Assembly: GCA_016215655.1 (NCBI GenBank)
Contig: JACRIT010000016.1
Span: 28,626 to 92,625 of the forward strand
DNA length: 64,000 bases
Reading direction: 5' to 3'
DNA from: Acidimicrobiia bacterium
GTDB lineage: Bacteria > Actinomycetota > Acidimicrobiia > Spongiisociales > UBA11373
The stretch's first letter is position 1. Every line of letters begins with the position of its first letter. The notes beneath the pieces were generated by a model. It saw only the letters and a program-made list of their open reading frames with translations. It did no database searches and was not told the DNA's origin. Both the position numbers and the translations under genes were made by a program. Positions 27,732 through 36,891 of this stretch are shown in pieces.

Positions 27732-28283
27732 GTGATCGATGAACTCCTCGCTGAGGCGACGGCGAAGATGGACCAGGCCGTCCACCACGTCCAGGCCGAG
27801 TTCGGCACCGTACGGACCGGGCGGGCCAATCCCGGGATCCTCCATCGGGTGATGGTGGACTACTACGGCACACCGACTCCGCTGCAGCAGCTGGCGACGA
27901 TCGCCGTTCCCGAGCCACAGCTGCTCGTGATCAGCCCCTATGACCGATCGTCGGTCCATGCGATCGAGAAGGCCATCCAGGCGTCGGATCTCGGTCTCAA
28001 CCCGGCGAGCGACGGCACCGTGCTGCGCCTCGTGTTCCCACCTCTCAACGAGGAGCGGAGGCGCGAACTCATCAAGCTCGTGCGGCACATGGCCGAGGAC
28101 GGCCGGGTGGCCGTGCGCAACGTGCGCCGCCACGCCAAAGCCGACATGGAGGCCCTTGAAGGTGAGGTCTCCACCGACGAGGTGAGGCGCGGGGAAGCGC
28201 GCCTGCAGGAGTTGACCGACCACCACATCGCCAAGATCGATCAGCACGTCCAGCACAAGGAAGCGGAGCTGCTCGAGGTATAG
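27732..28283 (+). CDS. frr: ribosome recycling factor
   Basis: FGTVRTGRANPGILHRVMVDYYGTPTPLQQLATI and PPLNEERRRELIK. Confidence 0.95.
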   Translation: MIDELLAEATAKMDQAVHHVQAEFGTVRTGRANPGILHRVMVDYYGTPTPLQQLATIAVPEPQLLVISPYDRSSVHAIEKAIQASDLGLNPASDGTVLRLVFPPLNEERRRELIKLVRHMAEDGRVAVRNVRRHAKADMEALEGEVSTDEVRRGEARLQELTDHHIAKIDQHVQHKEAELLEV

Positions 28284-28302
28284 AGCGGGCGAGGAGAGGG
28301 CC

Positions 28303-30864
28303 GTGACGGACGGACGGGACGGCGAATTCGAGGTCCACCCCGGGGATCCCTGGCATCCCGGCTGGACCGACGACGCCGCCAAGACCGCCGAGATCACGCC
28401 CGAGGAATCGGCGCAGCCGCCCGGGGAGGCGAAGAAGCGTCGACGGTTCGGCCGCAAGCGCCGCGAACGCGACGAGGCCCCATTCGTCGCCGAGGAGTGG
28501 CCCGACGTCGAGGAGGAGCCCGACGTCGTCGTCATCGACGATGCCCGGTTCCGGCCGGCTGAGGCGCCCGTCCCCGCCGCCGAGGCCACCCCTCCGGTGG
28601 TGCCACCGGCGTCGGAGGCGCCAATGCCGGCGTGGCTGTCGGACCCACCCCGGCCGGAGCGTGAGATGCCGCTGCCCGTGGAACTGCCTTCCTGGGTCGG
28701 GACCACGAGCCTCGGCGCCGAGGGGGTTGCCGTGGAGTTCGACGAGCCCATCGAGGACCCGACCCCCGCCGAGGCGGCGGTGGTGGCTCCTCCCGCGGCG
28801 GTGGCTCCTCCCGCGGTGGTACCCACCCCGCCTCCGGGAGGCGATGTCGCGGCCGATCTCGCTGCGGCCCTGTCGGCCCTCGGTGCCGATGACGACGACG
28901 ACATCGAGGTGGCACCCGTCGACGACGCCGGGGAAGCCGACACCTTCGACGAGTTACGTCGCCTCGATGTCGGCGCCGCGGATGCCGCGACGACGCCGCA
29001 GGTGGCCGAGGATGCGTTCGAGGCGCTGCGCCGCCTCGAGGCCGGCGCCCCATCCACGGGGGTGTACGGGGTGGCGAGCAAGGAGGCGTTCAAGGCGCTG
29101 CAAGAGCCCGACGCCACCGGCGAAGACCTCGCCGACTGGGAGGCATTCGCCGGGACCGAGGCTGCCGATCCGGGACGCAGGCGGCCGGCCGCACCGCCTC
29201 CCCGGGCCGAGTCGCCGCCGGTGGAGACGCCTGCGGCGATCGCAGATCCCGGCCACTTCGACGACTGGGCTGCCTCAGCGGACGAGCCCAGGGAGAAGAA
29301 GGGGATCTGGCCGTTCCGCCGCAGGCGGCGCGACGACGAAGTCGTGGCGGAGGAGCCCGCCGATTGGGAGGCCGACGGCACCCAGGTTCCGGCGACGTGG
29401 TTTCCCGAGATCGACGAGGACGCGGTCGTGCCTCCGGCGCCGGCACTCCCCGAAGAGGAGTGGCCCGCCGCCGCCGAGGCCGTGACGCCGTCGATCAGAC
29501 CCGAGCCGGAGGTCGGGCGCCCTCCCGTCGCAGCGCAGCCGCAGGTTGCGGATGAACTGCAGGCGCGTCGCCAGGCGGCGATGCGTGAGGCGGAGCCATG
29601 GGAACCGCCCGCGATCGATACTCCGGTCGTCCGTCCCGTCCCGCCGCCACCCCGATCGGTCGTGCCCGTCGTCTCCGACGACGACGAGGAGGCGGACCTC
29701 CAGGCCGGCGGACCCTGGAAGCTCGACTTCGACGACGGCACGGCCGAGCCGGGTTCGGACCGTTCGGAATACGACCCGGTGCCTCCTGCAGCGGTGCGCG
29801 GTGACCGTGACGAGTGGGACGAGCGGGATCCGGATGCCACCGTCGAGCTCACCGATCCCGGTCTGCGGTTCACCGAGGACATCTACGGCGGATCGGTGAC
29901 GATCGAACACCGCGGCCTCGCCGAGGAGATCTACCGCCTCGGCGACGAGGACACCGAATGGCAGGCGATGTCGGCAGCGATGCCCGGGATCGAGACCGGG
30001 GTCGTCGGCTTCGAGGACGTCGCGGATCTCAGCACCGGTGAGGAGTATCGGGAAGCTCCTCGCTCCGACTTCGGAATGCGGGTCGGAACCGGACTCCTGT
30101 TGGTGGTGTTCCTCCTCGGCACGATGTTCGTCGGGGGCGGCGCCATGGCGATCTTCATCGGGGCCATGGCGATGCTCGGCATCTGGGAGTTCTACGGCAC
30201 ACTGCGCCGGCTCGAGTTTCGCCCGCTGGGCGTGATCGGATACCTCGGCGGCCTCGGGGTGCTGGCCGCGGGATGGTTCCATGGTCCGATTGCGGTCCCC
30301 ATCGCCGTGGTGGCGATGGTGGTGCTGGCCTTCTTCGTGTATGCCTTCTCCCCGATGCGCGAGGATGCCCTCGCCAATGGTGGGTTGACGGTGCTCGGCG
30401 CAGCCTGGGTGGCGGGGACCGTCGCGTTCGCCTTTCCGATCCTCCGGCAGGCGGAGTTCCGGGTCCTCGTCATGGCCGTCGTCGCCGCCACCGTGGCCAT
30501 GGACGTCGGTGCGTACTCGTTCGGAAGAACCTGGGGCAAACGCGCCCTCGCCCCCGTGGTGTCGCCCAACAAGTCGGTGGAGGGTCTCGTGGGCGGGATC
30601 CTCCTGGCGATGGGGGCTGCGGTCGCCTTTGGGTATCTCGCCGAGCCGTTCGAGATCTCCTCCGGGATCGCTCTCGGAGTCGTGGTGTCGGTGATGGCTC
30701 CGCTTGGCGACCTCGCCGAGTCGATGGTGAAGCGCAGCCTCGGGGTGAAGGACATGGGCACGATCCTGCCCGGCCACGGAGGGGTGCTCGACCGGATCGA
30801 CGGCTTCCTGTTCGTGCTCCCGGCGGCATGGGTGCTGTACCAGGTCACCGGGTTCCTCGGGTGA
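28303..30864 (+). CDS. cdsA: phosphatidate cytidylyltransferase with a 591-aa acidic/Pro-rich N-terminal extension
   Basis: The C-terminal 262 aa (from M592, nt 30076) is a polytopic CdsA with SPNKSVEG...ESMVKRSLGVKDMGTILPGHGGVLDRIDG. The upstream 1.77 kb is in the same frame with no stop and has strong GC3 bias. Confidence 0.8.
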   Translation: MTDGRDGEFEVHPGDPWHPGWTDDAAKTAEITPEESAQPPGEAKKRRRFGRKRRERDEAPFVAEEWPDVEEEPDVVVIDDARFRPAEAPVPAAEATPPVVPPASEAPMPAWLSDPPRPEREMPLPVELPSWVGTTSLGAEGVAVEFDEPIEDPTPAEAAVVAPPAAVAPPAVVPTPPPGGDVAADLAAALSALGADDDDDIEVAPVDDAGEADTFDELRRLDVGAADAATTPQVAEDAFEALRRLEAGAPSTGVYGVASKEAFKALQEPDATGEDLADWEAFAGTEAADPGRRRPAAPPPRAESPPVETPAAIADPGHFDDWAASADEPREKKGIWPFRRRRRDDEVVAEEPADWEADGTQVPATWFPEIDEDAVVPPAPALPEEEWPAAAEAVTPSIRPEPEVGRPPVAAQPQVADELQARRQAAMREAEPWEPPAIDTPVVRPVPPPPRSVVPVVSDDDEEADLQAGGPWKLDFDDGTAEPGSDRSEYDPVPPAAVRGDRDEWDERDPDATVELTDPGLRFTEDIYGGSVTIEHRGLAEEIYRLGDEDTEWQAMSAAMPGIETGVVGFEDVADLSTGEEYREAPRSDFGMRVGTGLLLVVFLLGTMFVGGGAMAIFIGAMAMLGIWEFYGTLRRLEFRPLGVIGYLGGLGVLAAGWFHGPIAVPIAVVAMVVLAFFVYAFSPMREDALANGGLTVLGAAWVAGTVAFAFPILRQAEFRVLVMAVVAATVAMDVGAYSFGRTWGKRALAPVVSPNKSVEGLVGGILLAMGAAVAFGYLAEPFEISSGIALGVVVSVMAPLGDLAESMVKRSLGVKDMGTILPGHGGVLDRIDGFLFVLPAAWVLYQVTGFLG

Positions 30865-31997
30865 GGCCGCTCGCGGTCCTCGGCGCCACCGGTTCCATCG
30901 GCCGCCAGGCTCTCGAGGTCGCCGCCGACATCGGCGCCGAGGTCGTGGCGGTGGCGGCGCGTCGTGGCTCCGACGAGCTTCTCGCCGTGGCCGCGGCGCA
31001 TCCCGCGGCGCGGGTGGCCATCGCTGCGCCCTCCGGCGACGAGCGCCAGCGCGCCACCCAGCTCGGTTCGCGAGTCGCCTTCGGGGCGGACGCCGTCGCC
31101 GCCCTCGCCGCAGAGCCGGGGCTCACCGTCGTGAATGGCATCGTCGGTGTCGCCGGCCTGGCCGCATCGGCGGCGGCCCTGGCCGCCGGCAACCGGCTGG
31201 CCCTGGCCAACAAGGAGAGTCTCGTCGCCGGCGGGCCGGTGGTCTCGGCGCTGGTGGGAACCGGCGGCAGCGAGATCGTTCCGGTCGACAGCGAGCACAG
31301 TGCCCTGTTCCAGCTGCTCGCCGGGCGAGATGGTCACGAGGTGCGGCGCCTCGTGCTCACCGCCTCGGGTGGGCCATTTCGCGGTTTCACCGCCGATCAG
31401 GTGGCGGCGGCGACGCCCGCGGCGGCGCTGCGACATCCCACCTGGAGGATGGGACCACGGATCACCGTCGACTCGGCCACGCTGATGAACAAGGCCCTCG
31501 AGGTGATCGAGGCCCATCACCTCTTCGGATACTCCTACGAGGCCATCGATGTCGTGGTCCACCCGCAGAGCCTCGTGCATGGCATCATCGAACTCTCCGA
31601 CGGGGCGCTGCTCGCGCACTTCGGCGAGCCCGACATGCGGATCCCACTCCGGTTTGCCCTCACGCATCCCCAACGGGCGGTGCGCCCTGCTGCTCCGTTC
31701 CCCCTCGCCGGGACCTCGCTCACCTTCGAGGCGCCGGACTTCGAGGTCTTTCCGGCGCTGCGACTCGGCTATGAGGCGGGCCGGGCGGGCGGATCGGCGC
31801 CGGCGGTGCTCATCGCCGCCGAAGAGATCGCGGTCGGGGCGTTCCTGGCCGGCCGGATCGGCTTCTCCTCGATCGCGGTGGTGGTGGAGCACACGCTGCA
31901 CGATGTCGCCATCAGGGATCTGGCGTCGGTGGCCGACGTGCTCGCCGTCGACGCCGAGGCGCGGGCCGTCGCCACCGGCCATCTGGGCTCGTGCTAG
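30861..31997 (+). CDS. dxr: 1-deoxy-D-xylulose-5-phosphate reductoisomerase
   Basis: GTGA overlap with cdsA. Motifs LGATGSIGRQAL, LANKESLV, PVDSEHSALFQ and HPTWRMGPRITVDSATLMNKALE. Confidence 0.95.
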   Translation: MRPLAVLGATGSIGRQALEVAADIGAEVVAVAARRGSDELLAVAAAHPAARVAIAAPSGDERQRATQLGSRVAFGADAVAALAAEPGLTVVNGIVGVAGLAASAAALAAGNRLALANKESLVAGGPVVSALVGTGGSEIVPVDSEHSALFQLLAGRDGHEVRRLVLTASGGPFRGFTADQVAAATPAAALRHPTWRMGPRITVDSATLMNKALEVIEAHHLFGYSYEAIDVVVHPQSLVHGIIELSDGALLAHFGEPDMRIPLRFALTHPQRAVRPAAPFPLAGTSLTFEAPDFEVFPALRLGYEAGRAGGSAPAVLIAAEEIAVGAFLAGRIGFSSIAVVVEHTLHDVAIRDLASVADVLAVDAEARAVATGHLGSC

Positions 31998-32041
31998 ATG
32001 GCGTCTCCCGGTAGCGTGATGGACCTTCAGAGGAGTGGTTC

Positions 32042-33151
32042 GTGACCGGCGGTCTGATCGTTCTCTTCGGCATCATCGCGATGGTCATGATCCATGAGGC
32101 CGGCCACTTCGTGGCCGCCAAGGCCATGGGCATGAAGGCCACCGAGTTCTTCTTCGGTTTCGGGCCGAAACTGTGGTCGACCCGGCGCGGCGAGACCGAA
32201 TACGGGGTGAAGGCCTTCCCCCTGGGTGGCTACGTCCGCATCGTCGGCATGAATCCGTACGAGGAGGTGGCGCCGGAGGACTTCGGGCGCACCTATCGCG
32301 AGCAACCCTTCCGGGCTAAGGCCATCGTCGTGCTCGCCGGCGTCGCCAGCCACTTCGTCGTGGCGTTCATCCTGTTCTTCGTCGTGGCCAGTGTCCTCGG
32401 CGTCCAGGTCTCCACCACCACGGTCGAAAGCGTCCAGGCCACGCTCGAAGACGGCACACCGACACCCGCGGCAGTGGCCGGCGTCCTGCCCGGCGACCGC
32501 ATCGTTTCGATCGCCGGCGTCGCCACCGACGAGTGGGCCGATGTGGTCGCGGTCATCGTCGACGGCCCGGGTGACACCGTCGATCTCGTCGTGGAGCGCG
32601 ATGGCGCCACCATCGAGCTGACGGTGACGCTCGCCTCGATCGACGACGACGACGGCGGTGAGCGCGGGTTCCTCGGTGTCCGGTCCGCCACGGTGACCGA
32701 CCGGGCGGGGCCCATCGAAGGCGCCGCGGATGCGGGTGGCGCCGTCGGTGAGGCGACCGTGGCGTCGGCCACGGGCCTGTGGAGGATGGTGACCGGTTTC
32801 GGGGGCCTGATCGAGGCCGTGATCACGGGCGACGCCGAGCGCATCAACGAGACCCGTCCGGCCAGCCCGATCGGTCTGGTGCGCATCGGCGCCGAGACCG
32901 AGAACCTGGGGATCGGCTTCACCCTCGAGTTGCTGGCGCTCGTCAACGTCTTCGTCGGGCTGTTCAATGTCGTGCCCATCTACCCGCTCGACGGCGGGCA
33001 CTTTGCGGTCGCCCTCTACGAGAAGATCCGGGGACGCCAGGCCGATGTCCGCAAGTTGGCTCCGGTGGCCGCAGTCGTCGTCGCCTTCATGGTCGTGCTG
33101 GGGGTGCTGGCGATCTACCTCGACATCGCCAATCCCTTCTCGCTGCGGTGA
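32042..33151 (+). CDS. RIP site-2 metalloprotease (M50, RseP/Rip1-like) with PDZ domain
   Basis: HEAGHF zinc motif at the N-terminus, GGYVRIVGM, a central PDZ domain (GVLPGDRIVSIAG), and a C-terminal NLxPxxPLDGG-like motif (NVVPIYPLDGGH). Confidence 0.9.
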   Translation: MTGGLIVLFGIIAMVMIHEAGHFVAAKAMGMKATEFFFGFGPKLWSTRRGETEYGVKAFPLGGYVRIVGMNPYEEVAPEDFGRTYREQPFRAKAIVVLAGVASHFVVAFILFFVVASVLGVQVSTTTVESVQATLEDGTPTPAAVAGVLPGDRIVSIAGVATDEWADVVAVIVDGPGDTVDLVVERDGATIELTVTLASIDDDDGGERGFLGVRSATVTDRAGPIEGAADAGGAVGEATVASATGLWRMVTGFGGLIEAVITGDAERINETRPASPIGLVRIGAETENLGIGFTLELLALVNVFVGLFNVVPIYPLDGGHFAVALYEKIRGRQADVRKLAPVAAVVVAFMVVLGVLAIYLDIANPFSLR

Positions 33152-34356
33152 TCACCCGCCGCCAGACCCGGGCCGTGCGGGTGGGATCGGTGACGGTGGG
33201 GGGTGGCGCCCCGATCTCGGTGCAATCGATGACGACCACGAAGACGGCCGACGTCGAAGGCACCCTGGCCCAGGTCTACGCGTTGCGGGGCGCGGGAGCC
33301 GACATCGTGCGCATCACCTGCAACGACGCCGAGGCTGCCCAGGGCCTCGCCGGGATCATGCCGCGGTCCCCGGTGCCGATCATCGCCGACATCCACTTCC
33401 AGTACCGGCTGGCGCTTGCCGCCCTCGAAGCCGGGGTCCACGGTCTGCGCCTCAATCCGGGCAACATCCGTGATCCCCGCCACATCCGCGAGGTGGCCCG
33501 CGCCGCCGCCGAACGGGGGGTGCCGATTCGTGTCGGGGTGAACGCCGGGTCGCTCGACAAGGATCTGCTGGACAAGTACGGCGCCCCGGTGCCCGAGGCG
33601 CTGGTCGAGTCCGCCCTCGGCGAGATCCGCCTGCTCGAGGATGCCGGATTCGGCGACATCAAGATCTCGGTGAAGCACAGCAGCGTTCCCGCCATGGTGG
33701 AGGCGTATCGACTGCTCTCGACGAAGACCGACCATCCCCTTCATCTCGGCGTCACCGAGGCGGGTCCGCCTCCGGCCGGGCTCATGAAGTCGGTGGCCGG
33801 CATCGCCACCCTGCTCCTCGAGGGCATCGGCGACACGATCCGGTTCTCGCTCACCGCCGACCCGGTCGAGGAAGCCGAGGCCGGGAGGAAGCTGCTCGAG
33901 CAACTCGGACTGCGCGAGCGCATCGGACTCGATCTCATCGCCTGCCCCTCGTGTGGCCGCGCCGACGTCGATGTCGTCGCGGTGGCCACGGCGGCGCAGC
34001 GCGCCCTCGAGGCGGAGAAGCTCTCCATTCAGGTGGCGGTGATGGGCTGCGTCGTGAACGGCCCCGGCGAGGCGCGCGAAGCCGACATCGGCATCGCCGC
34101 GGGAAAGGGCAAGGGCCACTTGTTCATCAAGGGCAAGGTGGTGCGGGTCGTCCCCGAGGCCGACATGGTGGCGGCGCTCGTCGACGAGGCCCGCCGTCTC
34201 GCCGCCGAAGGAGTCGAGGCTCGGCTTGCCGCCGCCGACGGCGTCGCCGAGGAACTGGCGCGCGAGACGGCGGACGCCCTCCTGGCGAGCCAGGGGGATG
34301 CGAACGATCTCGCGGCACGGCGGGCGCGGGTGGCGAGGGTGGCGAAGGGGGACTGA
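33148..34356 (+). CDS. ispG: 4-hydroxy-3-methylbut-2-enyl diphosphate synthase
   Basis: GTGA overlap with the protease gene. Motifs VQSMTTT, IADIHFQYRLAL, RLNPGNI, GVTEAG, CPSCGR and GCVVNGPGEA. Confidence 0.95.
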   Translation: MITRRQTRAVRVGSVTVGGGAPISVQSMTTTKTADVEGTLAQVYALRGAGADIVRITCNDAEAAQGLAGIMPRSPVPIIADIHFQYRLALAALEAGVHGLRLNPGNIRDPRHIREVARAAAERGVPIRVGVNAGSLDKDLLDKYGAPVPEALVESALGEIRLLEDAGFGDIKISVKHSSVPAMVEAYRLLSTKTDHPLHLGVTEAGPPPAGLMKSVAGIATLLLEGIGDTIRFSLTADPVEEAEAGRKLLEQLGLRERIGLDLIACPSCGRADVDVVAVATAAQRALEAEKLSIQVAVMGCVVNGPGEAREADIGIAAGKGKGHLFIKGKVVRVVPEADMVAALVDEARRLAAEGVEARLAAADGVAEELARETADALLASQGDANDLAARRARVARVAKGD

Positions 34357-34360
34357 GCAT

Positions 34361-34437
34361 TCGGTCCTCTGTCTTCGGTCTTCAGTCCTCAGTCCGAGTC
34401 GCTCCGCGGGTTCTGGCTGAGGACTGAGGGCTGACGA
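34361..34437. repeat. heptad-repeat element E2 (core in inverted orientation)
   Basis: tcggtcc tctgtct tcggtct tcagtcc tcagtcc | gagtcgctccgcgggttctgg | ctgagga ctgaggg ctgacga. tcagtcctcag (34382-92) is the perfect complement of ctgaggactga (34417-27). The reverse complement of the centre is ccagaacccgcggagcgactc. Confidence 0.8.
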
Positions 34438-34472
34438 CTTCTCCCTGATCCCCCGCACTACCCTCCCCGCGC

Positions 34473-36194
34473 ATGCTCTGGTCCCGCGCCTTCATCCCCA
34501 CGCTTCGCGAGGATCCCGCCGATGCCGAGGCGGTGAACCACCGACTGCTCGTGCGCGGCGGCTTCATCCGCCGGCTCATGGCAGGGTCGTGGTCGATGTT
34601 GCCCCTCGGGATGCGCGTGGCCAAGAAGATCCAGGATGTGATCCGTGAGGAGATCGACGCCATCGGCGGCCAGGAGATGCTGTTGCCGGTGGTCCATCCC
34701 GGGGAGATCTGGAAGAAGACCGGCCGTTGGGACGATGTCGAAGGAATCCTCGTCAAGCTCAAGGACCGGCGCGACACGGATCTCCTGCTGGCCATGACCC
34801 ACGAGGAGATCTTCACCACCGTCGCCACCGAGTTGACCTCGTACCGGCAACTCCCGCAGCTCTGGTACCACCTGCAGACGAAGTTCCGTGACGAGCCCCG
34901 ACCCAAGGGGGGACTGCTGCGGGTGCGCGAGTTCACCATGAAGGACTCGTACAGCTTCGACATCGATCCGGCCGGGCTCGATGTCCAGTTCCAGAACCAC
35001 TACCGGGCCTACCACCGGATCTTTGCCCGGCTCGGCATGGATGCCATCGCGGTGCACGCTTCGAGCGGATGGATGGGAGGCAAGGAGTCCGTCGAGTTCA
35101 TGGTGGAGGCCGCCGCCGGCGAGGACGAGATCGCCTTCTGCCCGGCGTGCCGCTATGCGGCCAACACCGAAAAGGCCACTTCGGTGCCCGCGGGCGTCGT
35201 CGATGAGCCGTGGACCGGCCCCCCGGAGCGTTTCCCCACGCCGGGGATCCGTACCATCGCCGAACTCACCGCGGTGGGCGGTTTCGCTTCCGCCGATCGT
35301 CAGATCAAGACACTCGTGTATCTCGTCGGCGGCACCGTGACGCTCCTCCTCCTGCGCGGCGACCACGAGCTCATGGAGCAGAAGGTCGTGGACGGGCTCG
35401 GCACCTGGGAGGTGCGCCCCGCCCGGGATGACGAGATCACCGCGGCGCTGGGTGCCCACGCCGGGAGCCTCGGGGCGGTGGGGGTGAAGGGCCTGCGCAT
35501 CGTGGCCGACCCGGCGCTGCGGGGCAGGGTGAACATGGTCACCGGTGCCAACGACGACGACTGGCACCTGCGCGGCGTCGACGTGGATCGCGACGTCGCA
35601 GTCGACACCTGGCTCGACATCCGTCTCGTGAGGGCGGGAGAGGGATGTCCGACGTGCGGCAAGCCGCTCGAGGTGAAGCGCACCATCGAAGTGGGCCACA
35701 TCTTCAAGCTCGGCACCAAGTTCAGTGAGGCCCTCGGAGCCTCGGTGCTCGACCCCGACGGCGAGCAGCGGGTGATCTGGATGGGCTCGTACGGGATCGG
35801 AGTCGGGCGGAATCTCGCCACGGTGGTCGAGTCGAGCCACGACGCCAAGGGCATCATCTGGCCCATGGCGATCGCCCCCTTCGAGGTCGTGGTGACGGCC
35901 GTGAAGGTGGACGATGCGGCATCGATGGGCGTCGCCGGGGAGATCCACGCCGCCCTCGTCGCCTCCGGGGTCGACACCTTGTTCGACGACCGTGATGAGC
36001 GGCCCGGTGTGAAGTTCGCCGACGCCGAACTCATCGGCATTCCCTACCGGGTGACCGTGGGCCCCAAGGGTCTTGCCGACGGTGTGGTCGAGGTGGTTCG
36101 CCGCCGTGACGGGGCGGTGGAGCGCATCGCCCCGGCGGCGGTGGTGGCGCACCTGGAGCGGCTGGTGAAGGCGGAGCGCGAACTGGGGAAGTAG
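34473..36194 (+). CDS. proS: prolyl-tRNA synthetase
   Basis: Starts MLWSRAFIPTLREDPADAEAVNHRLLVRGGFIRR. Class II motifs are FRDEPRPKGGLLRVREF and GSYGIGVGR. Confidence 0.95.
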   Translation: MLWSRAFIPTLREDPADAEAVNHRLLVRGGFIRRLMAGSWSMLPLGMRVAKKIQDVIREEIDAIGGQEMLLPVVHPGEIWKKTGRWDDVEGILVKLKDRRDTDLLLAMTHEEIFTTVATELTSYRQLPQLWYHLQTKFRDEPRPKGGLLRVREFTMKDSYSFDIDPAGLDVQFQNHYRAYHRIFARLGMDAIAVHASSGWMGGKESVEFMVEAAAGEDEIAFCPACRYAANTEKATSVPAGVVDEPWTGPPERFPTPGIRTIAELTAVGGFASADRQIKTLVYLVGGTVTLLLLRGDHELMEQKVVDGLGTWEVRPARDDEITAALGAHAGSLGAVGVKGLRIVADPALRGRVNMVTGANDDDWHLRGVDVDRDVAVDTWLDIRLVRAGEGCPTCGKPLEVKRTIEVGHIFKLGTKFSEALGASVLDPDGEQRVIWMGSYGIGVGRNLATVVESSHDAKGIIWPMAIAPFEVVVTAVKVDDAASMGVAGEIHAALVASGVDTLFDDRDERPGVKFADAELIGIPYRVTVGPKGLADGVVEVVRRRDGAVERIAPAAVVAHLERLVKAERELGK

Positions 36195-36292
36195 TTTCCC
36201 GCTTCCCGCTACCGGCCGGCACCAGGGTCCGGTACCCGGCGCCCAGTCCCACTCCGCCACCTTCTGACTCGCTTTCACCTCATGCCTGCTTT
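36195..36292. repeat. heptad-phased spacer E3 (weaker member)
   Basis: Reading from the proS stop gives tttcccg cttcccg ctaccgg ccggcac cagggtc cggtacc cggcgcc cagtccc ... C recurs at phase 1 in 11 of 13 consecutive heptads. It shares ccggtacccggc with E7. Confidence 0.55.
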
Positions 36293-36360
36293 TCCCTCCT
36301 GCCCTAGCGATCCTGGACGAGATATACTCGAAACCGGTTCAATTGAGGACGCTGGACGTG

Positions 36361-36384
36361 AAGTGGGCGCCCGCCCACTTTTTT
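36361..36384 (+). terminator. intrinsic terminator/attenuator in the rimP-nusA-infB leader
   Basis: aaGTGGGCgcccGCCCACtttttt: 6-8 bp GC stem, 4-nt loop and a T6 tract (rare in this genome). It lies 16 nt upstream of the rimP ATG, and the SD gaggag follows it. Confidence 0.65.
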
Positions 36385-36399
36385 GTTGAGGAGTGCGTG

Positions 36400-36891
36400 A
36401 TGGGTGACGTCGATCGCAGGCTCTGGGGTCTCCTCGAGCCGTGGCTCGTGGCGGAGGGCGTGGAGCTCGACGACCTCGAGGTGCTCGGCACGGGTGCCGG
36501 GCGGATGGTGCGCGTCACCGTCGATGCCCCCGGCGGTGTCGATGTGGACCGTCTCGCCGACCTCTCCCGGGGTCTCAACCGGCTGCTCGACGAGGAGCCG
36601 TCCGTCGGCGCCGCCTACACCCTCGAAGTGTCCTCTCCCGGACTGGAGCGACCCCTGCGCCGACCGTCGCAGTTCCGCAAGGCGGTGGGTCGCGAGGTGA
36701 TCGTCAAGACGAGGGCCGAGATCCTCGGCTCGCGCAGCCACCGTGGCGTCCTGGCCGCGGCCGACGATTCCGCCGTCCTCGTCACCGTCGATGGCACCGA
36801 CCATCCGATTCCGCTCGACGACGTGACCCAGGCGCGCACGGTGTTCCGCTGGGAGAAGGCCCCGAAGCCGGGGAAGCGAGGTGGGCGATGA
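36400..36891 (+). CDS. rimP: ribosome maturation factor RimP
   Basis: LLEPWLVAEGVELDDLEV...RVTVDAPGGVDVDRLADLSRGL...YTLEVSSPGLERPL. The start was moved from the track's 36343 to ATG 36400 (SD gaggag, downstream of the terminator). Confidence 0.85.
   Translation: MGDVDRRLWGLLEPWLVAEGVELDDLEVLGTGAGRMVRVTVDAPGGVDVDRLADLSRGLNRLLDEEPSVGAAYTLEVSSPGLERPLRRPSQFRKAVGREVIVKTRAEILGSRSHRGVLAAADDSAVLVTVDGTDHPIPLDDVTQARTVFRWEKAPKPGKRGGR

Noticed and set aside
26583-29882. 1099-aa ORF on the minus strand (similar giants at 5558-7849(+), 38007-40208(-), 45363-47525(-), 60779-63136(+), 61908-63275(-))
   Set aside because: These are antisense shadows of well-supported genes (tsf, pyrH, frr, cdsA, gap, infB, pnp, ABC genes). 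Their translations are low-complexity and Arg/Gly/Pro/Ser-rich, which is typical of open antisense frames in ~70% GC DNA.
36343-36399. Longer rimP start (TTG 36343) proposed by the ORF track
   Set aside because: That start would translate through the GTGGGC/GCCCAC-T6 terminator. ATG 36400 has a gaggag SD and matches the usual RimP N-terminus.
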